From Candidatus Berkelbacteria bacterium (lineage in GTDB: Bacteria > Patescibacteriota > UBA1384 > XYA2-FULL-43-10 > 1-14-0-10-43-13), in the NCBI GenBank assembly GCA_037140515.1, contig JBAXEI010000003.1, positions 300 through 64,299 on the forward strand: a stretch of 64,000 bases of DNA. The letters run 5' to 3'. The position numbers and the translations under genes are program-made. The notes below the pieces were generated by a model. It did not search any database, had not been told where the DNA came from, and was given only the letters and a program-made list of their open reading frames with translations. This document shows, piece by piece, positions 10,142-18,160 of this stretch (the stretch's first letter is position 1; each line of letters begins with the position of its first letter).

Positions 10142-10171
10142 ACAAAAGCGCTTCTTTCGAAGCGCTTTTGT
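10142..10171 (-). terminator. rplM-rpsI terminator
   Basis: ACAAAAGCGCTTC-loop-GAAGCGCTTTTGT hairpin just after rpsI stop. Confidence 0.7.
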
Positions 10172-10189
10172 AAATATAGAATGGACTGG

Positions 10190-10582
10190 TTATCTTTTTG
10201 CCCATTGTGGTGCTCTTCGAGCGCCGCGTAGACCTGGTTTCTTTCTCTCTTTTTCTCTTGGGTCTCTCATGATGAAGCCAGCTTTTTTCAAAGTAGTCTT
10301 CAACTCTGGATCGAATTTCTCAAGAGCTCTTGAGATGCCGAGACGGATAGCTTCCTGTTGGCTGACTTTGCCGCCACCAGATACTCGAGCGTGAACGCCG
10401 AATTTGCCAGTTTGACCAACAAGTTCAAGTGGAGCAAGAGCGACTTCTGAGAAGTCAACTTTTTTGTTGTTGATCGCAAAAGTTTTGTCATCACCAGAAA
10501 TCTTAACCGATGCGATAGCAGTTTTTCGTCTGCCTACAGCGGTCCAATATTTTGTTGAAACTGATTTTTTCTCTTCTACCAT
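10190..10582 (-). CDS. rpsI: 30S ribosomal protein S9
   Basis: GRRKTAIA, GGGKVSQ, RDPREKERKKPGL..ARRAPQWAKR. Confidence 0.97.
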   Translation of the reverse strand: MVEEKKSVSTKYWTAVGRRKTAIASVKISGDDKTFAINNKKVDFSEVALAPLELVGQTGKFGVHARVSGGGKVSQQEAIRLGISRALEKFDPELKTTLKKAGFIMRDPREKERKKPGLRGARRAPQWAKR

Positions 10583-10602
10583 TATTTTCCTTGTGTGATC
10601 GA

Positions 10603-11019
10603 TTATTTAGTATTGACGAACTTGATATCTGTATGAGGGTGAGCTTCTGTGGAATAAAGCTTCAAGCGTGCCAAGAATTTCTTCTGAAGTCTGTTTTTTG
10701 GCAACATGCCGTTTACAGCGATTTTCAGGACTTCACCTGGTTTCTTCTCTTTGAGCTCGCCGACTGTTGTAGTCTTCAAGTTACCGAGGTAGCCAGTGTG
10801 CTTATAATATCTCTTCTGCTCTTCCTTTTTGCCAGTCAAAATGAATTGATCAGCGTTGATGACGACTACGTTGTCTCCGCCATCTGCATTTGGAGCAAAG
10901 CTTGTTTTGTTTTTACCACGAAGTAGGTCAGCGATTTCAGTCGCCAAACGGCCAAGAATCTTGCCTTTGGCATCTAGAAGATACCAATTTCGATTTTCTG
11001 TTGTAATTTCTGTGGTCAT
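10603..11019 (-). CDS. rplM: 50S ribosomal protein L13
   Basis: WYLLDAKGKILGRLA, DGGDNVVVINA, GMLPKN. Confidence 0.97.
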   Translation of the reverse strand: MTTEITTENRNWYLLDAKGKILGRLATEIADLLRGKNKTSFAPNADGGDNVVVINADQFILTGKKEEQKRYYKHTGYLGNLKTTTVGELKEKKPGEVLKIAVNGMLPKNRLQKKFLARLKLYSTEAHPHTDIKFVNTK

Positions 11020-11020
11020 G

Positions 11021-11437
11021 TTATTTCACCTTCTCTGTAGTTTTAGCTTCTTTTGTCTCAGAAACTTCAGCTTTCTTCGCTTCTTCTGCTTCCATAACTT
11101 TTCTGTCGACAAGTTCTACTCGAATCATTGGAGCGTTGTCACCAAGACGATTCTTCAAGTGGTAAGTGCGAGTGAATCCACTCTCACGACCCTCGTATCG
11201 AGGTACAAGTACTTCGATAGTCTTCTTGACGGCGTTTCGGTCCAAGAATACAGTATGTAATTTTCTGATTGCTGTCAGATTGTTAGGTTTTGCGTCAGCA
11301 ATAATTTTGTCCAAAAAAGTCTTGACTTCTTTGGCTTTTGCCTCAGTCGTATCAATTCTTTCATATAGGACCAAAGAAGTAGCCAAATTTCTTAGCATAA
11401 GTTCTCTGTGGTCTTTGTTTCTGCTTAACTTTCTCAT
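11021..11437 (-). CDS. rplQ: 50S ribosomal protein L17
   Basis: RKLSR...LRNLATSL, TTEAKAKE, RLGDNAPM. Confidence 0.97.
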   Translation of the reverse strand: MRKLSRNKDHRELMLRNLATSLVLYERIDTTEAKAKEVKTFLDKIIADAKPNNLTAIRKLHTVFLDRNAVKKTIEVLVPRYEGRESGFTRTYHLKNRLGDNAPMIRVELVDRKVMEAEEAKKAEVSETKEAKTTEKVK

Positions 11438-11444
11438 TGAGGTA

Positions 11445-12383
11445 TTATTTGCTTAATATTTCATTAATTTCTACGATGCCTTTTTTGCCTAAGCCTTTGA
11501 TTTCTTCAAGCTTGAGCTGTGAAAGGCGCTTCAATCCGCCGACTGTTTTGATACCAGCGTTGACCAAAGCATTGGTTGTTCGTGGTGAGAAATTTAATTC
11601 TTCAATCTTAGTCTTTGAATTTACTTCATCTATATCATCCGACATGATTTCATCTTCAGCAACTTCACCATCTGCAACTTCTACTGCTGGAGCATCAACT
11701 TCTGGAATACCCATGATGAAAGAGTTGTAATGCTCAACAAGTACTGCTGATGCTTCGTCAAGTGCGTCTTTTGGTGTGATTGTACCGTTTGTGACAACTT
11801 CAAGTGTAAGCTTGTCATAATTGGTGATCTGTCCAACACGAGTGTCTTCAACCGCGATAGAAACACGTTGTACTGGTGAGAAAAGTGAATCTACTACGAT
11901 TCTACCAATCTCGTTTTTCTCTGATGTTTCGATGCTAACAGTTTTAAAACCACGGCCTTTTTCGATTGTAACTTCCATATTGAAATCAGCACCCTTGTCC
12001 AATGTGATAATGTGAGCTTCAGGATTCAAGATTTCGATATTGCTGTTTGCTTTGAAGTCCTTAGCAGTAACGATTCCTGGGCCTTTTTTGGAAACTTCGA
12101 TTACGACTGGCTCATCGCTAAATGACTTAGCAGCGATACCCTTCAAGTTCATAATCACTTCGACAACATCCTCTTTTGCGTGAGGGATTGAAGAAAATTC
12201 ATGGCTGATTCCGTCGATCTTGAAAGATGTAGGAGCTGCACCGATGATTGATGACAAAAGAACTCTTCGTAGAGAATTACCAATTGTAGCACCGTAGCCA
12301 GGATAAAGTGGCTCGATAATAAACTTCGAGTGCTGGAGGTCGATCTTCTCTTCTTCTATCTGAGGCAGGTTAATTTTTTCCAT
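11445..12383 (-). CDS. rpoA: RNA polymerase alpha subunit
   Basis: EPLYPGYGATIGNSLRRVLLSS, DSLFSPV, alpha-CTD. Confidence 0.98.
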   Translation of the reverse strand: MEKINLPQIEEEKIDLQHSKFIIEPLYPGYGATIGNSLRRVLLSSIIGAAPTSFKIDGISHEFSSIPHAKEDVVEVIMNLKGIAAKSFSDEPVVIEVSKKGPGIVTAKDFKANSNIEILNPEAHIITLDKGADFNMEVTIEKGRGFKTVSIETSEKNEIGRIVVDSLFSPVQRVSIAVEDTRVGQITNYDKLTLEVVTNGTITPKDALDEASAVLVEHYNSFIMGIPEVDAPAVEVADGEVAEDEIMSDDIDEVNSKTKIEELNFSPRTTNALVNAGIKTVGGLKRLSQLKLEEIKGLGKKGIVEINEILSK

Positions 12384-12400
12384 ATTTCTCCTTTAGAATA

Positions 12401-12994
12401 TTATCTTGAGTAGAACTCAATGATTAGATTTTCATTAACTGGTGTGTCGATCTCATCTCGAACTGGAAAATGTTTTACTTTGCCAGACAATTTCTTAGTA
12501 TCAGCTTCCAACCAAGTGATAGAAGGATTTAGGGAAAGCTCTTTGAATCTTGCAGGTCTCATTGGCTCAAGAACATCACCAATTTTGAGCTGATATGAAG
12601 AAATAGTTACGCGTTGACCGTTTACCTTGAAACCACCGTGAGAAACCATCTGTCGAGCAGATGAACGAGATACTGCGAAACCTAAGCGATAAACGATGTT
12701 ATCGATTCTTGTTTCGATAAGACGCATGATATTTTCAGTCTTGATACCAGGGATTCTATCAGCTTCAGTAGCGTATTTTCTCAAATGGCTTTCTGAAATG
12801 TTGTAGATTTTCTTAGCTTTTTGCTTTTCGCGAAGCTGCTTGCCGTATTCTGACATTTTGCCATGAAAACCTTGACCATGATCGCCAGGGGCATATGGTC
12901 TTTTGTTCATTGCACATTTAGTTGACAAACAACGCTCTCCCTTTAGGGATAGTTTCTCACCTTCTCTTCGGCATTTTTTACAAGCTAACAACAT
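12401..12994 (-). CDS. rpsD: 30S ribosomal protein S4 (zinc-binding type)
   Basis: CKKCRREG, SEYGKQLREKQK, ETRIDNIVYRLG, IIEFYSR. Confidence 0.97.
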   Translation of the reverse strand: MLLACKKCRREGEKLSLKGERCLSTKCAMNKRPYAPGDHGQGFHGKMSEYGKQLREKQKAKKIYNISESHLRKYATEADRIPGIKTENIMRLIETRIDNIVYRLGFAVSRSSARQMVSHGGFKVNGQRVTISSYQLKIGDVLEPMRPARFKELSLNPSITWLEADTKKLSGKVKHFPVRDEIDTPVNENLIIEFYSR

Positions 12995-13024
12995 TTTATA
13001 ACCTTCGATTGATAATAAATTTGA

Positions 13025-13429
13025 TTAAACTCTTCTTGGCTTCTTAGCACGGCAACCGTTATGAGCGATTGGAGTAACGTCTTTGATCACACTAGCTTCA
13101 ATGTTTGCAGCAGCGAGAGCGCGGACAGCTGAATCTCGTCCTGGACCTACACCTGATACAAATATATTTGCTTTTGCGAATCCACGTAATTTTGCTTTCT
13201 CGATAGCGTTAGCAACAGCAAGCTGAGCAGCGTATGGAGTAGACTTTTTTGCTCCTTTGAATCCAAGAGCGCCGGCTGAAGCAGATGCGATTGCATTGCC
13301 ACGATCGTCAGTGATTGTGATCAAAGTATTGTTAAAAGTTGACTGAATATATACTGATCCAGAAGCAACAACGTGTTTAGCGCGTTTCTTTACTATCTTG
13401 GTTGTTTTCTTTGCTGTGTCTTTAGCCAT
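13025..13429 (-). CDS. rpsK: 30S ribosomal protein S11
   Basis: STFNNT, KSTPYAAQ, DVTPIAHNGCR. Confidence 0.98.
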   Translation of the reverse strand: MAKDTAKKTTKIVKKRAKHVVASGSVYIQSTFNNTLITITDDRGNAIASASAGALGFKGAKKSTPYAAQLAVANAIEKAKLRGFAKANIFVSGVGPGRDSAVRALAAANIEASVIKDVTPIAHNGCRAKKPRRV

Positions 13430-13449
13430 AATATGATTTCTAAGTATTA

Positions 13450-13833
13450 TTATTTCTTATCTGCTGTTTTGCGACCTGAACCAACTGTGACCTTTCGGCC
13501 TCTTTTTGTTCGAGCGTTTGTCTTTGTTCGTTGACCGCGAACTGGCAAGCCTGAAGTATGTCTTACACCTCTATAGCTGTTGATTTCGCGAAGTCTTTTG
13601 ATGTTCTGGCTAACTTCTGTACGAAGATCACCTTCAATCTTATATTTTTTGATAATAAGCTGACGAATTTTTTCTAGATCTTCATCTGGAACGTCTTTCA
13701 TACGTGTGTCAGGATTGATCTTGAGCTCAGAAAGCATCTTCTTGCTGATTGATGGACCAATGCCATACAAATAAGTAAGAGCGATTTCAAGTCTTTTTTC
13801 GTTTGGTAAATTTATTCCAGCGATTCTAGCCAT
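13450..13833 (-). CDS. rpsM: 30S ribosomal protein S13
   Basis: MARIAGINLP, LPVRGQRTKTNARTKRG. Confidence 0.98.
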   Translation of the reverse strand: MARIAGINLPNEKRLEIALTYLYGIGPSISKKMLSELKINPDTRMKDVPDEDLEKIRQLIIKKYKIEGDLRTEVSQNIKRLREINSYRGVRHTSGLPVRGQRTKTNARTKRGRKVTVGSGRKTADKK

Positions 13834-13835
13834 TT

Positions 13836-13982
13836 TTATCCTTGTCTCTGTTTATGTTTTGGATTTTCACACAACACAAAAACTCGCTTCTTTGTGCTAA
13901 TTCGGGAAGATTTACCCTTTTTGCTTCTGATCACGATTTTGCATTTATTACAGATTTTCTTTACAGATGCTTGAACTTTCAT
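13836..13982 (-). CDS. rpmJ: 50S ribosomal protein L36 (48 aa, with loop insertion)
   Basis: Below ORF-track cutoff. Manual translation [48 protein letters not shown]; canonical position between infA and rpsM. Confidence 0.93.
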   Translation of the reverse strand: MKVQASVKKICNKCKIVIRSKKGKSSRISTKKRVFVLCENPKHKQRQG

Positions 13983-14042
13983 TTCGTTTGAACTCTTGGT
14001 TATTGAAAATAAAAAATTCCCCTTGACAACAAGCCCTATAAT

Positions 14043-14288
14043 TTACTGTCGTGGTGTGTATGTTTGTCCTGGATTGAATCTTCGGACTACACGACCGCGG
14101 CTTAAATCATATGGAGTGAGCTCGAGTAAAACCGAGTCACCAGTAATCACTTGAATACGGTTCTGTTTCATGCGACCAGACAAATAACCCAAGACGGTGT
14201 GACCGCTCTCAAGTTGGATTCGATACTTTGAGTCTGGTAGGACTTCAGTAACTTTACCCGTGATTTCAATGCTTTCTTTGTTTGCCAT
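14043..14288 (-). CDS. infA: Translation initiation factor IF-1
   Basis: GKVTEVLP, SGRMKQNRI, ELTPYDLSRGR. Confidence 0.97.
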   Translation of the reverse strand: MANKESIEITGKVTEVLPDSKYRIQLESGHTVLGYLSGRMKQNRIQVITGDSVLLELTPYDLSRGRVVRRFNPGQTYTPRQ

Positions 14289-14393
14289 ATATTACTTATA
14301 GAAATGTAACATAAATATTAATCTAAGTCAACACTATTTTGCTACGTTTCCTCGTGATATTGTCTACTATTTATAAATAATATTTTATTATTC

Positions 14394-14485
14394 TGTCATT
14401 CCAGCCTGTAAGCTCGAGAGGCGTAATCCAAGAAGCCTTCTTCCGAATTGTCTTCGCCTAGATCCCAGCCTTCGCTGGGATGACA
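14394..14485. repeat. REP/dRS3-like bipartite palindromic element, copy 2
   Basis: TGTCATTCCAGCCTGTAAGCTCGAGAG...AGATCCCAGCCTTCGCTGGGATGACA. Confidence 0.7.
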
Positions 14486-14515
14486 ATCAAAGATGAGTTT
14501 AATGTGATTTTGACG

Positions 14516-15274
14516 CTAATCGGTCACAATATGAGTCTCGCCCTGCCAGATTACAACTGTATGCTCGAAGTGAGCACAGAGTGACTTGTCGGCCATCGTA
14601 ATCGTCCAATTATCGGGGCCAACCTCGACTCTATAGTCGCCGAGTGAGAGCATCGGCTCGATAGCGAGCGCCATACCTTCGACTATGCGTGGACCAGTAT
14701 TTTTCATGCCATAGTTTGGAATTTGCGGCGCCATATGAGGCTGTTTGCCAATTCCATGGCCGACTAAATCACGAATAACGCCGAGATTGTTTGCTTCTGC
14801 AAAAGATTGCACCGCGTAGCCGATATCGCCGATCTTGTTGCCTATTTTTGCTTCGCTGATACCACGATCGAGCGACTGCTTCGTCACTTCTAGTAGCCTC
14901 TGCGTAGCAGGCGCGACTTCACCAACAGCAACTGTGTAAGCCATATCGGTACACATTCCGTTGTATTTCGCACCAATATCGAGGGAAACAATGTCCCCTT
15001 CTTTGATAATTCGATCTTTTTTTGGTATTCCATGTACAAGCTCATCGTTTATACAAATACAAGCTGCAGCAGGAAAATAGCCAGATCCACCGACATAGTA
15101 GTTCTTGAACGATGGCACGGCGCCACTTTGCACAATTTCAGAGTCGACAACTTCGTCAACCTCTAGCGTCGAGACGCCAGGCTTGATTGCAGCTAGACCT
15201 TTTTGCATTGCACGCTTAAGTATTAAACCACTAGCCGTAATGTTGTCGAAATCTTCCTGATTTAGGATATGCAT
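14516..15274 (-). CDS. map: Methionine aminopeptidase type I
   Basis: INDELVHGIP, DIVSLDIG, TDMA, GHGIG, AIEPM, AHFEHTV. Confidence 0.95.
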   Translation of the reverse strand: MHILNQEDFDNITASGLILKRAMQKGLAAIKPGVSTLEVDEVVDSEIVQSGAVPSFKNYYVGGSGYFPAAACICINDELVHGIPKKDRIIKEGDIVSLDIGAKYNGMCTDMAYTVAVGEVAPATQRLLEVTKQSLDRGISEAKIGNKIGDIGYAVQSFAEANNLGVIRDLVGHGIGKQPHMAPQIPNYGMKNTGPRIVEGMALAIEPMLSLGDYRVEVGPDNWTITMADKSLCAHFEHTVVIWQGETHIVTD

Positions 15275-15924
15275 AGTTTCTCTTCTATTTCTTTGGCAAC
15301 ATCAGGCACAGATTGCTCACCATTAATTTCATAAACTGTCCCACCATGAGTCCGATAAAATTCAACAACTTCTCGAGTTTTTGGTAGGTACCGGCTAACT
15401 CTCTCACGTACCGTGTCCTCGTTGTCATCACTCCGAACGACAAGAGCACCGCCACACTTCTCGCAGATCATCTCGTCTGTTACACCATAGACAGCGTCGC
15501 ATGAAGAACATACTTTTCGAGAAATTGCTCTTTTGACCGAAGTTTCAGGGTCTGTTTTGATGAATACAAGTACAGGCTCGGCGAAAAAGCTAGAATTTTC
15601 AGCCACAAAATCAAAGATGAACTTGGCTTGAGGAGTGCTAAATGGGAAATTCGCAAAAACTGTGCTTTCACTTGTGTGAGTAAGATAATCCTTCACCAAA
15701 TCGATAACAATATCATCAGGCTGAGGAATGCCTTCGTCATAACGTTTCTTCACTTCAGCGATAAATGGATCAGCGGGATCAAGCTCAATCATTTTTCTGA
15801 CGAGATCACCGGCACTCACGATCGGCTTCAAGCCGACTTTCTGAATGAAAATCTCTGCTTGAGTATCTTTGCCCGACGCAGGGAGACCGATGAAGGAATA
15901 AATTGTCCTTCTTGTGTCTTTCAT
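15262..15924 (-). CDS. adk: Adenylate kinase family protein (atypical NMP-binding motif)
   Basis: P-loop GLPASGKDT; zinc lid CSSC..CEKC; RSDD; secY-adk-map synteny. DGFPR is replaced by ANFPF. Confidence 0.8.
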   Translation of the reverse strand: MKDTRRTIYSFIGLPASGKDTQAEIFIQKVGLKPIVSAGDLVRKMIELDPADPFIAEVKKRYDEGIPQPDDIVIDLVKDYLTHTSESTVFANFPFSTPQAKFIFDFVAENSSFFAEPVLVFIKTDPETSVKRAISRKVCSSCDAVYGVTDEMICEKCGGALVVRSDDNEDTVRERVSRYLPKTREVVEFYRTHGGTVYEINGEQSVPDVAKEIEEKLCIS

Positions 15925-15936
15925 GTTTGTTCTTCT

Positions 15937-17208
15937 TTAATAGCGTTCGTAAGTATGCATCATCATCTGAGATTGAATCTGCCTCATTGTTTCGACCACG
16001 ACCGAAACAATGATAAGGATACCAGTGCCACCGAGAGTTAGAGTTGTAATGTTTGTAATTGATTGTACGATAAATGGTAAAACAGCGATGATGCCGAGGA
16101 ACGTTGCGCCAAAAAGTGTGATGCGTCCAATGACAGCGGCGAGGTAATTCTTGGTCTCGGTACCAGGGCGAATTCCAGGGATAAAGCCACTTTGCTTCTG
16201 TAAATTTTCGGCGACTTGAGATGGTTTGAAAACAACACTGGTATAAAAATATGTAAAAATAAATACTAGAACAAAGTAAGCAATGCCATAGAAGACCTGA
16301 TTGCCGATCAGCGCAGTCATGCTCTTTGCAAAGTGAGCAACCCAAGGAGTTCGCGCTGCCTCAAGATATTTGGCCAAGACACCAGGAATCACCAACATGC
16401 TCATCGCGAAAATGATTGGAATAACGCCAGCGATGTTTACACGAATCGGTAAATGACTGCTGAAGCCACCGGATTGACCGAGGCGTGCCTTTCGGGCATA
16501 GGTGACTGGGATATTTCTTTGGCCTTCTTGAATAGTGATAATTGCTGCAGTTACCGCAAGCAGGATAAGTGCATAGAAAATCGCACCAATGATTTTGGAT
16601 GTATCGCCAGACTGTAGCAAAAGTGCTGTATTTCTGATCTGCGCCGGATAAGCAGAAAGTATTCCAAGACCGATGATCATCGAAACGCCATTGCCTATCC
16701 CCTTTTCGGTGATCAGCTCACCAATCCACATGAGAAGTATCGTACCCGCAGTAACTGAGATAAGCATGACGGTGAGATCAAATGCGGTCCAATCAGGGAT
16801 AATCCCTTGATTGCGAAGCAAAATAAGCATGCTGTAAGCCTGAATAATCGCAAGAGGAACAGTCAGCATACGAGTATACATATTTATCTTTTGCTTGCCA
16901 GCTTCACCTTCCTTTTGCATCTCCTCAAACTTCGGAAAGATCATTCCCATGAGCTGGAAGATGATAGAAGAAGTGATATATGGACCAACGCCCATCAGAA
17001 TGATTGAGAAGTTGCTCATCGTTCCGCCCGAAAACATGTTCAAAAAGCCAAAAACTTGATTCTGGGAGAAGAAAACTTGAAGCTTGTCGAGGTCAACGCC
17101 AGGAAGCGGAATATGGGCCAATATCCTAGTCAAAACCAAAAGAAGAACAGTCACAATGATTTTGTTTCTTAGATCTTTGTAGCCCCAGATTTTCGCAAAT
17201 TTATCCAT
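15937..17208 (-). CDS. secY: Preprotein translocase subunit SecY
   Basis: MGVGPYITSSII, GIGNGVSMII, AGVIPIIFA, FIPGIRPG, GGTGILIIV. Confidence 0.98.
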   Translation of the reverse strand: MDKFAKIWGYKDLRNKIIVTVLLLVLTRILAHIPLPGVDLDKLQVFFSQNQVFGFLNMFSGGTMSNFSIILMGVGPYITSSIIFQLMGMIFPKFEEMQKEGEAGKQKINMYTRMLTVPLAIIQAYSMLILLRNQGIIPDWTAFDLTVMLISVTAGTILLMWIGELITEKGIGNGVSMIIGLGILSAYPAQIRNTALLLQSGDTSKIIGAIFYALILLAVTAAIITIQEGQRNIPVTYARKARLGQSGGFSSHLPIRVNIAGVIPIIFAMSMLVIPGVLAKYLEAARTPWVAHFAKSMTALIGNQVFYGIAYFVLVFIFTYFYTSVVFKPSQVAENLQKQSGFIPGIRPGTETKNYLAAVIGRITLFGATFLGIIAVLPFIVQSITNITTLTLGGTGILIIVSVVVETMRQIQSQMMMHTYERY

Positions 17209-17215
17209 TGACTAG

Positions 17216-17244
17216 ACTATATCGGATATGCAGGGTAAAATCAA
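17216..17244 (-). promoter_or_regulatory. Sigma70-type promoter for secY-adk-map, candidate leaderless
   Basis: TTGATT-17nt-TATAGT; ATG begins 7 nt downstream of the -10. Confidence 0.6.
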
Positions 17245-17311
17245 TGATTTTCTCGAAATTTCACGCTGAAATTTGGAATATTCGAAATATGCGTAAGAAG
17301 TATGATAAACA

Positions 17312-17340
17312 TTGACTAATCTGTCATAAATTGATATAGT
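17312..17340 (+). promoter_or_regulatory. Sigma70-type promoter
   Basis: TTGACT-17nt-TATAGT. Confidence 0.6.
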
Positions 17341-17441
17341 ATCAAAGCATTTTTACATCGTATTCATACACGTAAATTTGCCATCAGCAGGTGCTTGATC
17401 TCAGTGGAGCAAGAAACAAAACTGATGAGTTGGAGATAATT

Positions 17442-18020
17442 ATGTCAGCAGAATCGATCACGATCCCCTATCCTGTCTGGGAAGGAGCAAATCAGGTTAA
17501 CATCTTGGTAAATGTGATCAAACGCCACGGTTTAAGAAGGAATCTTCCGCTTAGTCTGCTCCCCAGAGGCGCCTTTGTACCATCCGACTATAAAATATCG
17601 GATACAAAAAAGCCAGATGGCTCGTGGATGGACAGAATCTACGCCGACTATTGGGCTGGCCGAGGCTATGGAGTAAAAGCTACCATAATCTCAAAAAACA
17701 GTCCCCTTGCGAGCAAAAAGTCGCAGAACGACTGGACACTCATTCATGTCACAGTTCGCTTCAAGCACGGAGGCGAAAAAATCATCATCCAGCTAAACGC
17801 GGAAGAAATCGAGCTTATCTTGAAATGTGCATATTGTGAAGAAAACGGTGAGGACAATAGCCGATGGACTGATCAAGTAGAGATGATACTCGACGAGGCT
17901 ATGGCGGAGATTTACACCAAAAGCCCAAATCCGACTCATGAATCGGCACCTACGTTAGCCGAGAAAGATCACAAAACAAAAAATCCTGACGAGGACTACA
18001 GATTCGGGAAGTATCTATAA
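17442..18020 (+). CDS. Hypothetical protein
   Basis: ORF inserted antisense in the spc cluster; SD GGAG before ATG 17442; no recognised motif. Confidence 0.65.
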   Translation: MSAESITIPYPVWEGANQVNILVNVIKRHGLRRNLPLSLLPRGAFVPSDYKISDTKKPDGSWMDRIYADYWAGRGYGVKATIISKNSPLASKKSQNDWTLIHVTVRFKHGGEKIIIQLNAEEIELILKCAYCEENGEDNSRWTDQVEMILDEAMAEIYTKSPNPTHESAPTLAEKDHKTKNPDEDYRFGKYL

Positions 18021-18026
18021 TTTCAG

Positions 18027-18055
18027 AACATTAGGGACGTCTTAATTGACGTCCC
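18027..18055 (+). repeat. Hairpin direct repeat, copy A
   Basis: AACATTAGGGACGTCTTAATTGACGTCCC; matches 18985-19013. Confidence 0.75.
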
Positions 18056-18160
18056 GCACTCTTTGATCAAGATTTAGAGTTTTACATCAAAATTCCAATC
18101 TTCATCAAAGCCAAATAGGATCAAACACGAAAATCGTGCCTATGGTTATGGAGGTGAAGT

